This document shows, piece by piece, positions 12,501 to 25,506 of a DNA stretch of 64,000 nucleotides. The position numbers were made by a program, and so were the translations under genes. Within the stretch, counting starts at the first letter, position 1. Every line of letters begins with the position of its first letter. The stretch comes from Azolla caroliniana. Taxonomy: Eukaryota > Plantae > Polypodiophyta. The notes under the pieces were generated by a model, which had not been told where the DNA came from, made no database searches, and saw only the letters and a list, made by a program, of their open reading frames with translations. The stretch covers positions 16,182,001-16,246,000 of the forward strand of contig JBHGNT010000006.1 of the NCBI GenBank assembly GCA_043228905.1. Reading direction: 5' to 3'.

Positions 12501-14856
12501 GATACCGGAACCGGCCCCGATCCCGAAATGGATTCGGATGAAGAAGAAGAATCGGAAGAACCGGTTACCGAAGCTCCCGAACGGAGATATCCTCTAAGAG
12601 AGAGGAGGGCCCCCCGGAGATTTCCGGATCCAGAGCACGTGCTGCTAACCGACGAGGGGGAGCCGGAGAGCTTTGAAGAAGCAAAGCACGACACCCAGAG
12701 CCGCAGGTGGTTGAGTGCCATGCAGGACGAGATGGATTCCCTGCATGAGAACCACACATATGAACTTGTGGAGTTGCCGAAAGGAAAGCGGGCACTTCGA
12801 AACAAGTGGGTGTTCAAGCTGAAACCGGGAGATGCCGGAAACCCCCCGAGATTCAAAGCCAGGATCGTGGTGAAGGGGTTTCAGCAAAAGAAGGGCGTCG
12901 ACTTCGACGAGATATTTGCCCCGGTAGTGAAAATGACCTCCATCCGGACGGTGCTGAGCATAGCGGCAAGCATGGACCTCGAGGTAGAACAGATGGACGT
13001 GAAGACGGCATTCCTTAACGGTGACCTCGATGAAGAGATCTACATGCAGCAACCGGAAGGATTCGAGAAGAAAGGGAAGGAGCACCTGGTATGCCGGTTG
13101 AAGAAGAGCCTTTACGGACTGAAGCAGGCTCCCCGGCAATGGTACCGGAAGTTCGACTCCTTCATGACCGACGAAGGGTACCTCAAAACGCAGTCCGACC
13201 ACTGCGTGTTTGTGAAGAAGTTCGAAGAAGGAGACTTTCTAATACTCCTCCTGTACGTGGACGACATGTTGATCGTCGGACGGGACTAGGTCAAGATACG
13301 GATGCTGAAGAAGGCTCTTCACCGAACCTTCTCAATGAAGGACCTGGGTCCGGCGATGCAAATACTAGGGATGCACATCATCCGGGACCGGAAGAAGAAG
13401 CAGTTGTGGCTGTCACAGGAGAAGTACGTGACGAAGGTGCTTCACCGGTTCAACATGTCGGAAGCAAGACCGGTCGGATCGACCCTCCCGGCAAACTGCA
13501 AGCTGTCCAGCAAGCAAAGTCCCAAGACAAAGGCTGAAAAGGAGGATATGATGAAAGTGCCGTATGCCTCAGCCGTTGGGAGCTTGATGTACGCCATGGT
13601 GTGTACGAAACCGGACATAGGATATGCAGTCGGAGTGGTGAGCCGGTACATGAGCAATCCCGGCAAAGAGCATTGGAACGCGGCCAAGTGGATACTCCGA
13701 TACCTGAAGGGCACGGCAAACGTGTGCCTCCGATTCGGCTCCGGTAAGCCCGAACTCGACGGCTTCACCGATTCGGATATGTCGGCTGATGCAGATACCA
13801 GCCGGTCCACATCAGGGTATGTGATGACGTATGCAGGGGGAGCTGTTTCATGGCAGTCGAGGCTGCAGAAGACGGTTGCGTTGTCAACTACGGAGGCGGA
13901 GTACATGGCGGCTGTTGAAGCCGGCAAGGAAGTAATATGGATGAAGGACTTCATTAGAGAGCTCGGTATCCGGCAGGAGGAGTACCGACTCTACTGCGAC
14001 AGTCAGAGTGCAATCCACCTTGCGAAGAACGCGGCCTATCACTCCCGGACGAAGCACATCCAGCGAAGATATCACTGGATCCGGGAAAGGATAGAAGACA
14101 AGGAGTTCGTGCTGACAAAGATCCACACGGACGAGAACGGGTCGGATATGCTGACCAAGGTGCTCACACCCGACAAGCTGGAAGCATGCCGGAAGAGGAT
14201 CGGATTGGAAAGACATCCCATGCCGAAGTGAAGGGGGAGTTTGTTGGGATTACGATCCCTTCGGATGGGATGGTCGGATGTCGGAGATGAATGCCGACGA
14301 GCCCGGTTTCGGTTTCGGATCCGGATGTTGAAGACCCCGGCTTCGGTGCCGGATGACGAATGTACCCGGAGAGCGATCCGGATGCAGGGACATATCCGTG
14401 AATATGTTTGCTAAGGGCCCCTGAGGCTATAGTTGTAAATAGCCCCAAAGTCATATATGTATAAATATGACTTAGGGCAAACTGTTTTATGCTTGCTGAT
14501 CATTTTTCTGTTTTTCCACTCAAGAGGAGTGAAGAGGGAACAGCCGTGAGAGAGAGAGAGAGAGAGAGATAGAGCGCGAGAGAGGAAGAGGACGACGCCT
14601 CTTTGTATTTCCGCCTCCTGTGGCGAGGACAGCGAGCTCAAGGTCGTCGCCTTGCAGCTCGTCATTGTATACTTCTCTGTATAGTGTTGGTTTGGAGTCT
14701 TGTACTCCCGTGGTTTTTCCCGTCTAGGGTTTTCCACGTTAATCCCTGTGTATTCGTGTGTTTCTCTCTTTGGTTCCTATTTTCTGCTGCATTGATTCGC
14801 GATTACTCGGTTGTGGCCGAGCGGTGAAGGTAAATCGAAGCGTCGATTTCCTAACA
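9510..14856 (+). mobile_element. Full-length Ty1/copia LTR retrotransposon (element A)
   Basis: 615-bp LTRs (TG...CA) at 9510-10124 and 14242-14856, with two substitutions seen between them. TSD TAATG on both sides. PBS TGGTATCAGAGC at 10128-10139. PPT GAAGGGGGAG before the 3' LTR. Confidence 0.98.
10155..14231 (+). pseudogene. Copia gag-pol polyprotein of element A, single frame with two in-frame stops
   Basis: Gag, CCHC knuckle (CFHCGKPGHFRKNC), protease WVVDSGAS, integrase, RT YVDDM and RNase H all present. TGA at 11283 (CGA in B) and TAG at 13287 (CAG in B). Confidence 0.95.
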
Positions 14857-16788
14857 TAATGTGCATAGTGAGGACTTTTATACAAGTCCTTAAAAGTACC
14901 GAAAGAAGTACTTACAAGTACTTCAATGCTCAAACAAGTGACTGACACTAACTCCCAAAAATATGATCTAGATCTCAAAAGTACTTACAAGTACTTCAAT
15001 GCCGGTTCCGTCGTCGGATGTCGGTCAACGGTTTTGTCACCGGATCCGTCATCATCCGGTGTCGTGAAGATTTTCGGCAATGGTGTGAAAATCGCATAAA
15101 ACATACTGTGAAAGTGTTTTTAGAATTCAAGGTATTGAAGTCTACAAGAATATAAGGTATGGTGCGTTCACATCCGGAAGGCAAGATCACGAGCTAAGGT
15201 CTTGAGGATAAGTCAAACAAAAAGCAAGTCACGTGGAGAAAAGTAAAAGAAGAAAAAAGCGGGCACCAAAATGCAGTCTACAACGAACGCTCATAACTCA
15301 TTCGTTTGGAAGCCAAATATAATGTGTAAATATGGGTTAGAAAGCTTATGACGAGAGCTATCCGTAGCTTTTTAAAACTCTAAATTTGGAGCATGGATGA
15401 GGGAGATATGACAATTAGAAGATCATTGTGTCATAGCTAAGAATAGGAGATGGAAAAGCTGTAAAAAAAGCGTGGAAAAAGAAAGCAAGCGAAACTTATC
15501 TACTAGAGGAGAACTTCATATAAAGCAAGAAGAGGGAGGTGGTGAGGGAGCTTTTTTCTTGTGGTGTTTTTCTTGCCTATTCATGTAGTGCGTTTTTCTA
15601 GTGATCAATTCATCCTTGTAGGCTTGAGTTTATGTATCTTCTTTCTCTTGTTTCTATGATCATCACTCCTTATTAATATATCTTTGTAGATTTGGGTTTC
15701 TATATCTTCCTTCTCTCTCTTTTCTATCATCATATCTCTTTTCACATACGAAATCAAGTATGAATCATATAAAACAATAATAGTGAAAATACTATTTTAA
15801 ATAAGTTTAATATCTTAGTACAGAAAGATGGAGGTCTTCAAGAGCTTTCGAATGCACTTTACTACATAAGAAACAAACATCTATCTCAGGTTATGTGGGT
15901 AGGAATTTTGCAAAAGGAAAAGAGAAAGATAAAATTGTGTGACATCCCACATAAACAGGACAAATAAGGATCTCACCATATATAATGCAAAGCAAAAGCT
16001 ATTATCTTTGTGTTTATGTGTGGAGCATAGAGAGTTCAAGGTGACTTGATCTAAGCTAATTGGATGAGTGGGTGTGCCTAGCTACTTGTAAAGGTTTTGG
16101 CCAATCAAAACCGGCGACGGAACCGGTGAACCACACATCTCCTATGCCCGTTGAATCCGTCGAGGAAGCTATACACCTCGTGGCCTGCTACTGCATCCAA
16201 GACTCCATCCATGAATGGGAGCGGGAATGCATCAGTGGCAGTGGCAGCATTCAATTTCCGGTAATCCACACAGACCCGGATCTTTCCGTTTTTCTTCAGC
16301 ACCACCACGATCGGGCTTAGCCAGGTGGCTTTCTTCACCGTCCAGATGAACCTAACCCGCAGCAACTTGTCGATCTCTTCTTTTACTTTAGCCATGTAAT
16401 TTGGATTCATCCGCTACCGGTTTCACATCCTTGCTTAAATGAATCTAGTGCTGATATAATTGCAAGTCCAGTCCCCACATGTCTTCATATGACCACACAA
16501 ATACGTCCCGGAATTCTTTCAATAATGTGATCATTGTCGATTTCTCCTCCCGTGGCATTTCTTTGGCCACCTGCACCGGTCTTGCTTCTTCGTTGCTTCC
16601 CAAATTCACTTCTTCCAATTGTGATGCTTTCACCTGTTGTGATACCGTCATCTCCCGCTCTAGGGCCTCCTATGCTTGTCGCAGTTCCCGGATTGCATCC
16701 CTATCCGGCTCCTCACCGGCATCCTTGTTGGGGACAAGGTCGTCAGTGCGAAAGAGCAAACAACATTTGTGATGTTGAAGGACCTGTG

Positions 16789-17636
16789 TGTTACGGTACG
16801 GGCATGACCATATAATATCCCGTGGTGAGAATTTACCGTAGTATTCTACACACGTTGTCGCATTGTTACGCGCGTGCATGTAGAAAGAGGCGGGACCACA
16901 GGGGGCCGTGAACCGAGGAGCGAGAGAGAGAGAGAGAGGAGAAGAGAAGAGAAGACTTGCAGATACGCAAAAGGGAGAAGGAAAGAGAAAGAAACGCCAC
17001 ACTTAATTACAGTAACAGTCGATTACAATATCTAGAGATTGCAAACTCTGACGATTACAACCGGCAAGGCGGCGATGGACCCGACATGGGGATCCTACTC
17101 ACGCACACAGACAAAACACACTCGACTCAAAGAAACAAAAAGGGGAGAGCCTCTGCTGGAAGCACACGGGCTGTCAACGAAGCAGAGGCAGCGAATTCCC
17201 AACACCCACAGAGACCCACGATTGGAGGAGAAGAGAGAGCTCGACACTCAGTTCTGCAGCAACACTTCGTCCTTGCCAACGCGCGATCCCCTTTCTTCCT
17301 TCTCTCCCTCCTTAAATAGTTCACAAAAGGGGGACCGTTCTTCCCTAGTCAAATCACTTTATTGCCTGTCCCTTTTGACAGAGATACGCACCAATCTTCT
17401 AATAAATATGTACTACCTAGTATGTACATCAGCCGACCTAATTATGAATTATGGCCACAATATCAATTCTCGCATCCACCTATGTGAGCGCCGGTTCATG
17501 CGCCTTTTTCTCCGATTCCGCCTATGGCCGGTTTTCTTCACGAGAACGTGGATAAGTGTGAGGGTTAAACAAGAGTGTAAAGAAGGGGACGATTACTTTT
17601 AAATCCTCGGGATATTATATGGTCATGCCCGTAACA
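16789..17636. mobile_element. Mini element with 29-bp terminal inverted repeats derived from an LTR end (about 155 bp net), interrupted by a solo LTR
   Basis: Left end TGTTACGG(TACGG)GCATGACCATATAATATCCCG. Right end 17608-17636 is its reverse complement. TSD CTGTG on both sides. The body matches the first ~125 bp of the LTR at 23829. Confidence 0.85.
16856..17545 (-). repeat. Solo LTR related to the LTR of gypsy element D
   Basis: TGTCGC...GGCGGGACCAC...CCGGTTTTCTTCACGAGA resembles 28390-29027. 4-bp TSD ACGT. Confidence 0.85.
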
Positions 17637-20600
17637 CTGTGTATGAGAATGAACAAGATACACAGATAGAGAGACAGAGAGAGATAGGCACAAAAGAAAC
17701 ATTTTATTTCTTAATAGCAACAGTTACAAATGACAACCAACCACACTTACTAAAGGTTACAAAGTCACTTTATATAGTGACTATCCTAGGGCAACTGCCC
17801 TTTATGCTATTTATAGAAATAGCCCAAACTTGGGTTGTCCACAGGGATAGTGTGAATACGACCATTATACACTCGTATTCGACACTCCCCCGTAATGGGC
17901 GTATACATGGGTTATCTGAAATTACAGGTATGTACAAGGTTTATCGGATAGATCAGTTTTGTTCGAGTCGGTAAGATCTGTAGACAGAAGACCGAACCAG
18001 TCGGGTCAGAAGAGCTGAAGTCAATCTTCAAAGAACTGATGTCGGTTGTCCGAAACCATCCTGTATTGTGTGTCTGGCTTTAACCGGACCAATTTTTCGT
18101 TACACCCATCTGGTGCCAAAGGGACCAGCAGAGGTCTGCCGAAAGACACTTGGTCATTCCATCTGTGACATTATCAGTTGTGGATATCTTCTCGAGATCG
18201 ATTTTCACTGAAATGACGCAGTTCCGAACAAAGTGATATCGAACGTCGATATGCTTGGAGGCGTTATGGTGAACCAGATTTTTTGACAAAGCAACAACAC
18301 CCTGACTGTCACTATGGACAACTGGAGCCGAGTCGAGGTCGACTTGTCGAAACGTGTGCACCAGCTGACTAAGCTCCAAGCCATAAAGCTTCTTTTGCCG
18401 CGTTGGACGCAACTACATATTCCGCTTCGGTCGTTGAGGTGGTTGTGCACTCCTAAAGTTTCGACTTCCACGAGATTGCACCATTGCCGAATTTGAAACA
18501 ATATCCCGTTGTTGATTTCCGACTGTCCATGCAGTCGGCGAAGTCTAAGTCGGTGTAACCGACTACGCCTGAGGTTGAGTTCGGGCCAAAAAGTATGGCA
18601 TGGTCTTTTGTGCCAGCTAGATATCTGCATTCCAGTGCGATCGGCCTAGGTTGTGCATGAATCTGTTGACGACTCCTACGGCGTGAGAAATATCAGGTCG
18701 TGTCGCGCCCATCGCGTACATAAGGGAGCCGACTTCCGGTGCATATGGTACCGACTTCATATCTTCCCCATCCAGACCGGATGTCGGGCAGTCTCGCTGA
18801 GACAACCGAAGGTTAATGTGGAGCGGGGTCAAAGCAGACTTGGCCGAGTGCATGTTGAAGCGTTCCAAGACACACCCAATGTAATCGGTTTGAGACAAGA
18901 AAAGTTGTCGTTTATCGCGATGCCCACTAATCTTCATACCAAGTATGTGTCTTGCTGGACCGAGGTCCTTCATGGAAAACTTCAACCGTAGTTTCTAAAC
19001 GAGTTCGGTGAGTTCTCCGGCATGTCGGCCGAAGAGTAGCATGTCGTCCACGTAAATGATGAGGAAGACGGGAGACCCTTCTTGAGCTATTTTGGTGAAG
19101 AGACAGTGATCCTCATCGCTCTTGGAGAAACCAACCGACTAGATGAAGTCGTCGAACTTCTTGTACCACTGTTGAGGTGCTTGTTTCAAGCCGTATAAAC
19201 TCTTCCTGAGTCGGCAGACTAGATGTTCCTGGCTGCTCCATAAAGATTTCCTCCTGTAGGTCATCGTGGAGGAATGTCGTTTTTACATCTAGCTGAATCA
19301 GCTCCAAGTTGTCGGCACGACGCCGAGCATGAAACGAAGGGTTGTCATTTTCACCACTGGTGAAAAGATTTCGTCGAAGTCGACGCCATATTCTTGTCGA
19401 AATCCCTTCACAATTAATCTAGCCTTGTACTTTGGGTTGGTCGAGTCGGACGTCTCTTTTAGTCGATAGACCCATTTACACGGAAGAGCACCTCGATTCG
19501 TCGGTAATTCGACCAAGTCCCAAGTCTTGTTTGCGCGAATGGAGTGCATTTCCAACACCATCGCCAGATGCCAGGTGGCTGAGTCGGCAGATGCCGATGC
19601 TTCTTCGTAAGATGTCGGTTCGCCGGCGTCGGTAAAGAAAATTCCGAGGGAGTACCTTTCCGGAGGTTGCGACAATCTCTCGGATCTGCGAGGTATGATT
19701 GAACTGGTCGCACCGGGTATAGGTGTCGGATGGTCGGAAGCCAAGCCACTCGGTTGTGCTAAATTGGTGGATTCAGTGCGGGAGGTGTCAGTTACCCATG
19801 AAACCGATCTTGTGTTGTGGGATGGGCCTTCATGAAGGGTTGGCACTTCGGAGAATATTACCCTTCAGACTTCAATAGGCCTTTCGGCCATTTTATGCAT
19901 AGCCGACTCGTTGAACACGACGTCCGAACTTCAGACGATTTGTCTATGCTCGAGGTCCCAAAGTCAGTATCCGATCTCGCCATCGGGTCCATATCCAAGG
20001 AAAACGCATTTCCTTGATCTTGGTTCGAGTTTCCGACGGTCGTCTTTCGGTATGAGGGCATACGCCTCGCAACCGAAGATCCTCAACTTGTCATAATTTG
20101 GCTTATTGCCCGTCCATGTTTCCTGAGGTATTTTAAGTCCTAGAGGTCTACTCGGCGACATATTTATTATGTGTATTGCCGTAAGTAGAGCCTCCGCCCA
20201 GAATCCATCTGACAGTCCAGAGTGTTGGAACTTGGATACTATGCATTCTTGAATCGTCCGATTCATGCATTCAGCAATTCCGTTCTGCTCTGGACTATAG
20301 GGTGCCGTATATTCACGTCGAATGTCGCGTTCCCGACAGAATTTGATGAATTTGTCAGACTTGAATTCTCCTCCATTATCGGTTTGGAGACATTTTAGTT
20401 TCCGACTGGTCTGGTTTTCGACCAGTGCAAGGCATTTGGAGAAGATCGAGAACACCCGACCTTTGCTTCTAATGGGGTAAGCCCACACCTTTTGAGTCGA
20501 GTCGTCAATAAAACTGACGAAGTACAAAGCACCGCCAAGAGACTGATGTGACATCGGGCCACCGACGTCCAAGTGGGCCAAATCAAGGGGACTCGATTCT

Positions 20601-23600
20601 CTTGGTGCTGATGTCGGGTGTGATGTGGCTACCTATTTGCCGTACTGGCAGTGCTCGCAGAATTGGTGATCCGAGAAGGAGAGCTTGGGGATGTAACCGG
20701 CTCTGGATAGGTGCATTATGACAACCTTGCTGAGTTGTCCAAGTCGATCGTGCCACAACGATGACACAAGGATATCAACCAAAAATAAGTCACCCTCTTT
20801 GAGTGTGACATATAAAGGGTACAATGAGTGTACCTTTGGTCCTCGAGCAAGCAGGAGGTTCCCTTTGTAGAGTGTCCACCCTCCTGATGAGAACCCGGCA
20901 TGGATGCCGGCTTCTTCAAGTTGTCCGACTAAGATCAAGGGTCTTGAGAGCTCAGGAACATGTCGAACGTAGTGTAGTACAAGTGTAGAGCCACCCAGAA
21001 GGTTGAGCTCTACGGTGCCGATTCCGATTATGGCGCAGTGTTGCGAGTTCCCGACTCAAACTGAGTCAGAATATCGGTCCGAGTATTGCCGAAACTAAGA
21101 TCGGTGAGGTGTCACATGATACGATGCGCCCGAGTCTAGGAACCATGTGATCAATTGCTCAGTCGTAAGCAGAACTTCTGATTCGACTGGGTTCTCTATG
21201 GACAGTATGTTCGGGTCAATCGTCAAAATTTCGACTGAAGAGCCGATGTAGTTGACCTCCTCATGCCGGTTACTCTTCTCATCCGCTCTCTAAGCTTTGT
21301 CGGTTTTTGGTTTGAGTGCCCGGCAGTCGGCTTTGATGTGTCCCAGTTTCTTGCAGTAGTTGCAGATTTGGTTGTACCGGGACTTGCTCCGGCTTCGCTG
21401 ATTATTCAGCAGTCGGGAAGAACTTCTTCCCAGGTTGGTCAATCGGTTGGTCAAACCTTGTACTACGTAAGCTTCATCTGCCGAGTCTTTGGCAAAAGAC
21501 TTTCTCCGAGCTGCTATTGAAGCATTGCACACAGTTGTAGCGAAAGTTTCCCATGAAGGGGGGAGACTACTCATGAGTATCATTACTCTGAGTTCATCCT
21601 CAATTGTCGTCCCCTGAGACGAGATTTGGGAGCTTATGCTTTTGTACTCGTTGAGGTGTGCCTGAACCGAATCGGATTCTTTCATCCGCATGTAGAGGCG
21701 CCGGATCAGATACATCTTCGTTGCGGCGACCTTCTTTTCATAAGTTTTCGACAGTGTTTTCCAAAGTTCAAAAGTTGTTGTGCATTATTGCACTGTGAAG
21801 TACACTGACTCCGACAAGTGCATCCAGATCGTGGCGCGGACGATTCTTTCCAGCTTTAGCCACTCGTTTGCCTTGTATGCTTCTGGAGGATTTTCATTCT
21901 CAATCGGGTCTATCTAACCCTTGACTATGAGATAGTCCTGCATTTGTTCCTTCCAGAAGTTGAAGTTCGAACTGTCGAACCTCCTTAGACTCCTCTTCGA
22001 TGAGCCGGATGTTGATGCCATCTGCTTCGGTTTCGGTTGGTAAGACTCGGTTCGGAGTTGACTCCGAACCTTAGTGGGGTGCAGCCGGTCGGCTCACCCG
22101 ATATCGTTCTAGTCGGTTTTGAACCCGAGTCGGTTTGGTTTCGGATACTTGTTGTTGAACTTTCTCGGAGTGACTCCAGTAACTTGAGGAACAGAACCGG
22201 CTGGTCTTCCCGAATGTTGCCGAGTCTGAGTGAGCCCGGTTAGCTTCCGATTGTATGCCGAATACCGATTACAAGAAACCGATTGTTTGGACCGATTCTG
22301 CTTCAAATGATTGCAGCGATGAGAGGGACAGATCCAACTAATCCTCCCGAATGTCGATCAGCCGAATGAAGCACATATTTCTTTGTTGCCAGGAGACCAA
22401 CCTGCAACGGGTGGTTACAACAAGCAGATGAATAGCGTCTGGTGACCTATTCGGATGTTGTTTAACCAGATGAAGCACGATTGGGTCAGGTGTTGCACAA
22501 GGAGCTCACCTCAAGTGGTTACAATCATAGGAACATAGTACAGCTGGCTAGCTTACTACAATTAGTGATTTAACACAGTGAGATGTAGACTTCTTGTTTG
22601 TCTTCTCTCTTCTCTGTTCTTCAAGAAAAACCAAAAAAAGAATGTTGTGTGGTGTACTATGACGGCCGGCAGCGGGTTGAAGAACCTCCAACGCTCTGAT
22701 ACCAAATGTTGGGGACAAGGTCGTTAGTGCGGAAGAACAAACAACATTTGTGATGTTGAAGGAGTTGTGTATGAGAATGAACAAGATACATAGATAGAGA
22801 GACAGAGAGAGATAGGCACAAAATAAACATTTTATTTCTTAATAGCAACAGTTACAAATGACAACCAACCACACTTACTAAAGGTTACAAAGTCACTTTA
22901 TATAGTGACTATCCTAGGGCAACTACCCTTTATGCTATTTACAGAAATAGCCCAAACTTGGGCTATCCAAAGGGACAGTGTGAATATGGCCATTATACAC
23001 TCGTATTCGACAATCCTTGGGTTTCCCAATATATGGGGACACCACCTCTGCTACGTCTACTTCGAACAGAGGAACTATCCCTAGGTTTTCATCAAGGTAG
23101 CAATCTACCTCCTCATCCGCAACCTTCCAACATATTCCCGCTTTTGGCATATAACGGTGTTACTTCCTTGCCTCGACCCGCTTGAGGGTGCATGGGTACT
23201 CTGACCTTAGTTTTCCCCCTTCGAAACGTAATGTTGTTCTTCTGCCAGTTTTGTTTGATGTGGGCGGTCCGTAACCATGGTCGTCCCAGCAACAATGGGT
23301 ATGCTCCCTACGCATTCAACTGGAGGAAGACAACAGAAATCCGGAAGGCATGGCCTCTGATTGTTACCTCCAAATCCGGGATCAATCCAGTCGTTCGTAC
23401 TGCGCTGGTGTCCGCCATCCGGAGCCAGAACGGGCATGGTTCCCATTCTTGGATTCCAAGAGTGTTGCATGTTCGGAGGCTAATTACGTTTACTCCCGAT
23501 CCGCCATCGACGATCATCCCCAGTACTTCCCGTCCTTTGATAATGGTGGTGATTGCGGGACTGCTAATATCGACCATTATCGGCCCTTCCTCCGGATTTG

Positions 23601-23828
23601 AAAAGAATGTCAGAGCTAGTGTGGGGTTTACTGGGGCCCATGCTAATTTTAACCCATCGGTGAATCGGAGCACCAATTGCAGTAACCGACCCAGTGGTAG
23701 CATGATCTGGCATTCCTATAATACCTGCCAGGCGGGGTTGTCCTGTTGCGTCGTCTCTGTAGGTTCCTCCAATGCGTTCCTTTGCTCCTTCAGTTCGGTG
23801 ACATTCTGTTCGTTTTCCTTTTAGATCT

Positions 23829-24283
23829 TGTTACGGGCATGACCATATACTATCCCGTGGTGAGAATTTACCGTAGTATTCTATACACGTGGATAAGTGT
23901 GAGGGTTAAACGAGAGTGTAAAGAAGGGGAGGATTTCTTTTAATCCTCGGGATTGAGACAACCCATTAGGCCAAGTGTGAACTTGCCTGGGGGCCTTGGG
24001 TATCACTATAAATAAGAGGCCTAGCTACCCTCATTTGATCATCTTGTTGACTACGTCGAGACTGTCTTGTGGTGGGTCAACTCTTGTAGCGAGCGCACCA
24101 GCACCAGGTACGACTTGACGCCACGGCGGTGGTATGGGACATTGATCGAGGCGCGAGTCTGTCTCGATCCCTTCGCTCGGGGATGGTCGAGTGGATCGGC
24201 ACCGTTCTTTCTCTCTCTCCTTTCTATCTATTTATCTATTTTCTATCCTTATCTCATGCTTACATTAGTCTATGTCTCTAACA
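23829..24283 (+). repeat. Solo LTR (455 bp) inserted in gag-pol of element E
   Basis: TGTTAC...CTAACA ends, TATAAATA box, CT-rich U5. Near-TSD GATCT/GATCC. Confidence 0.75.
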
Positions 24284-25506
24284 GATCCACTCCGTAGTTT
24301 GTTTGCGGATAGCTTCCTAAGCCGCCCATTCAGCCATCTTTCCCTTCAATCTAGTGGTGACTTGCTGGATGTCCGCCACTTCCGCGACCACCATGTTGAC
24401 TACCGGTCGTTTTTCGTGACTCTTTACCAGACATTGGTTGTTGTAGTGTCCCTACTAGCGGCAATAGTAGCAATACGCCTTCCGTGTCTTGCTAGACTCT
24501 TCTTTTTGCATGTTACCTGGTTGAAATCCGGATACTACCCGGTTAGGCTCCTCTACTCTTCTTTGTTCCATTTGAGCATTAGTTATGCTTCTGTCCGGCT
24601 CTCATTGGTAATCATTTGCTGGTTTCTGACGATCCTCTTTCCGAGCGTTCCGTTTTTTATTATAGCGTTGGTTGTTCCTGTATCCTTGCCGGCGTCGGAC
24701 TTAATAGTCTTCCCGTGGATCCTCTCTTCTCCAATCATAGTCGGGGGAATAATCCCGATTATAATGATCATCGTTATAGTCGTGGCTTCTCTCGCTCCGG
24801 TCTTGGTCATAATCGTCCCGTTGGTCACTGTATCGGATGTCTTGTACCGGTTGGTAGCGATCGTCTCGCCAAAATCGTTCTTCTTTGTCCTCTCATTCAT
24901 TTCGGGTCTTGATGTGCCGAACTGGTGCAGCTTGCTGATTCAGCAGGTTGTACTCGCAGCGGTCCATTTTATGTGACCGAGAATGGCATAGCCTGCACTA
25001 CGATCTCATCATGCACTCTATTGTTGAGTTCTCGGGGTTAAGGCACGTCGTGCATTGGACCGCCTAGCGAAAACGTAGGTCCGCTTCGGTGGGGAGTGTT
25101 CGTTGGAGCGCTCCCATTGTCAAACACGAACTCGTTTTGTCCATTTCCTTGACCCGGTCAATTACCTGGTCTATCATGTTGGTCCGAAAATCTATGACCA
25201 CACACACGGTTCGGAGAGGTTCCTGGAGCATTGCCAAAAATACTGCTTTTGCTTCAGCTTCTGGTGGTGCTCTGGTGAGTTGACTATGCATTGTCTGGAA
25301 CCGAATAACGAACTGCTGAATGGTTTCGGACGGGTCTTGTCGTGTCGTATAAAATTGGCCGACAATCTCTCTTTGATCCTCAATAAAGTGCAACATTTCG
25401 TTCTTCTTAGGCAGGGTAAACCACCGATTCGAGTATGGGCAATCGACGGTTCGAGGATGCCCATCTCCATCTTCTACTTCAACAGCTCCATCAGCTTTGG
25501 GATGTG

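Larger units (their letters stand above)
9402..16115 (+). repeat. Large LTR-like sequence (about 1.35 kb net), interrupted by copia element A
   Basis: Starts TGACAAAACCGG and ends CCGGTGAACCACA. TATAAA box near 15519. Non-coding, with an internal 24-bp duplication at 14906 and 14979. No TSD. Confidence 0.35.
16726..23012 (-). mobile_element. Full-length degenerate Ty1/copia element C
   Basis: 5' LTR 22707-23012 (306 bp). 3' LTR 16726-16788 plus 17642-17884 (306 bp). TSD ATCCT on both sides. PBS at 22693-22704, PPT at 17885-17891. Gag-pol remnants at 18080-22021. Confidence 0.95.

Noticed and set aside
11342-13954. Antisense and alternative-frame ORFs conserved between A and B
   Set aside because: Expected shadows of a GC-rich gag-pol in two near-identical copies.
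15001-16112. Short inverted matches (CCGGTTCCGTCG vs CGACGGAACCGG; TGACAAAACCG at 9402 vs 15029) as DNA-transposon TIRs
   Set aside because: No TSD and inconsistent pairing. Better explained as repeated motifs inside an LTR-like sequence.
24272-24976. 234-aa hydrophobic ORF resembling a membrane or env protein
   Set aside because: It is the antisense of the D/R/Y/N-rich gag region of element E, so the hydrophobicity is an artefact of complementary codons.
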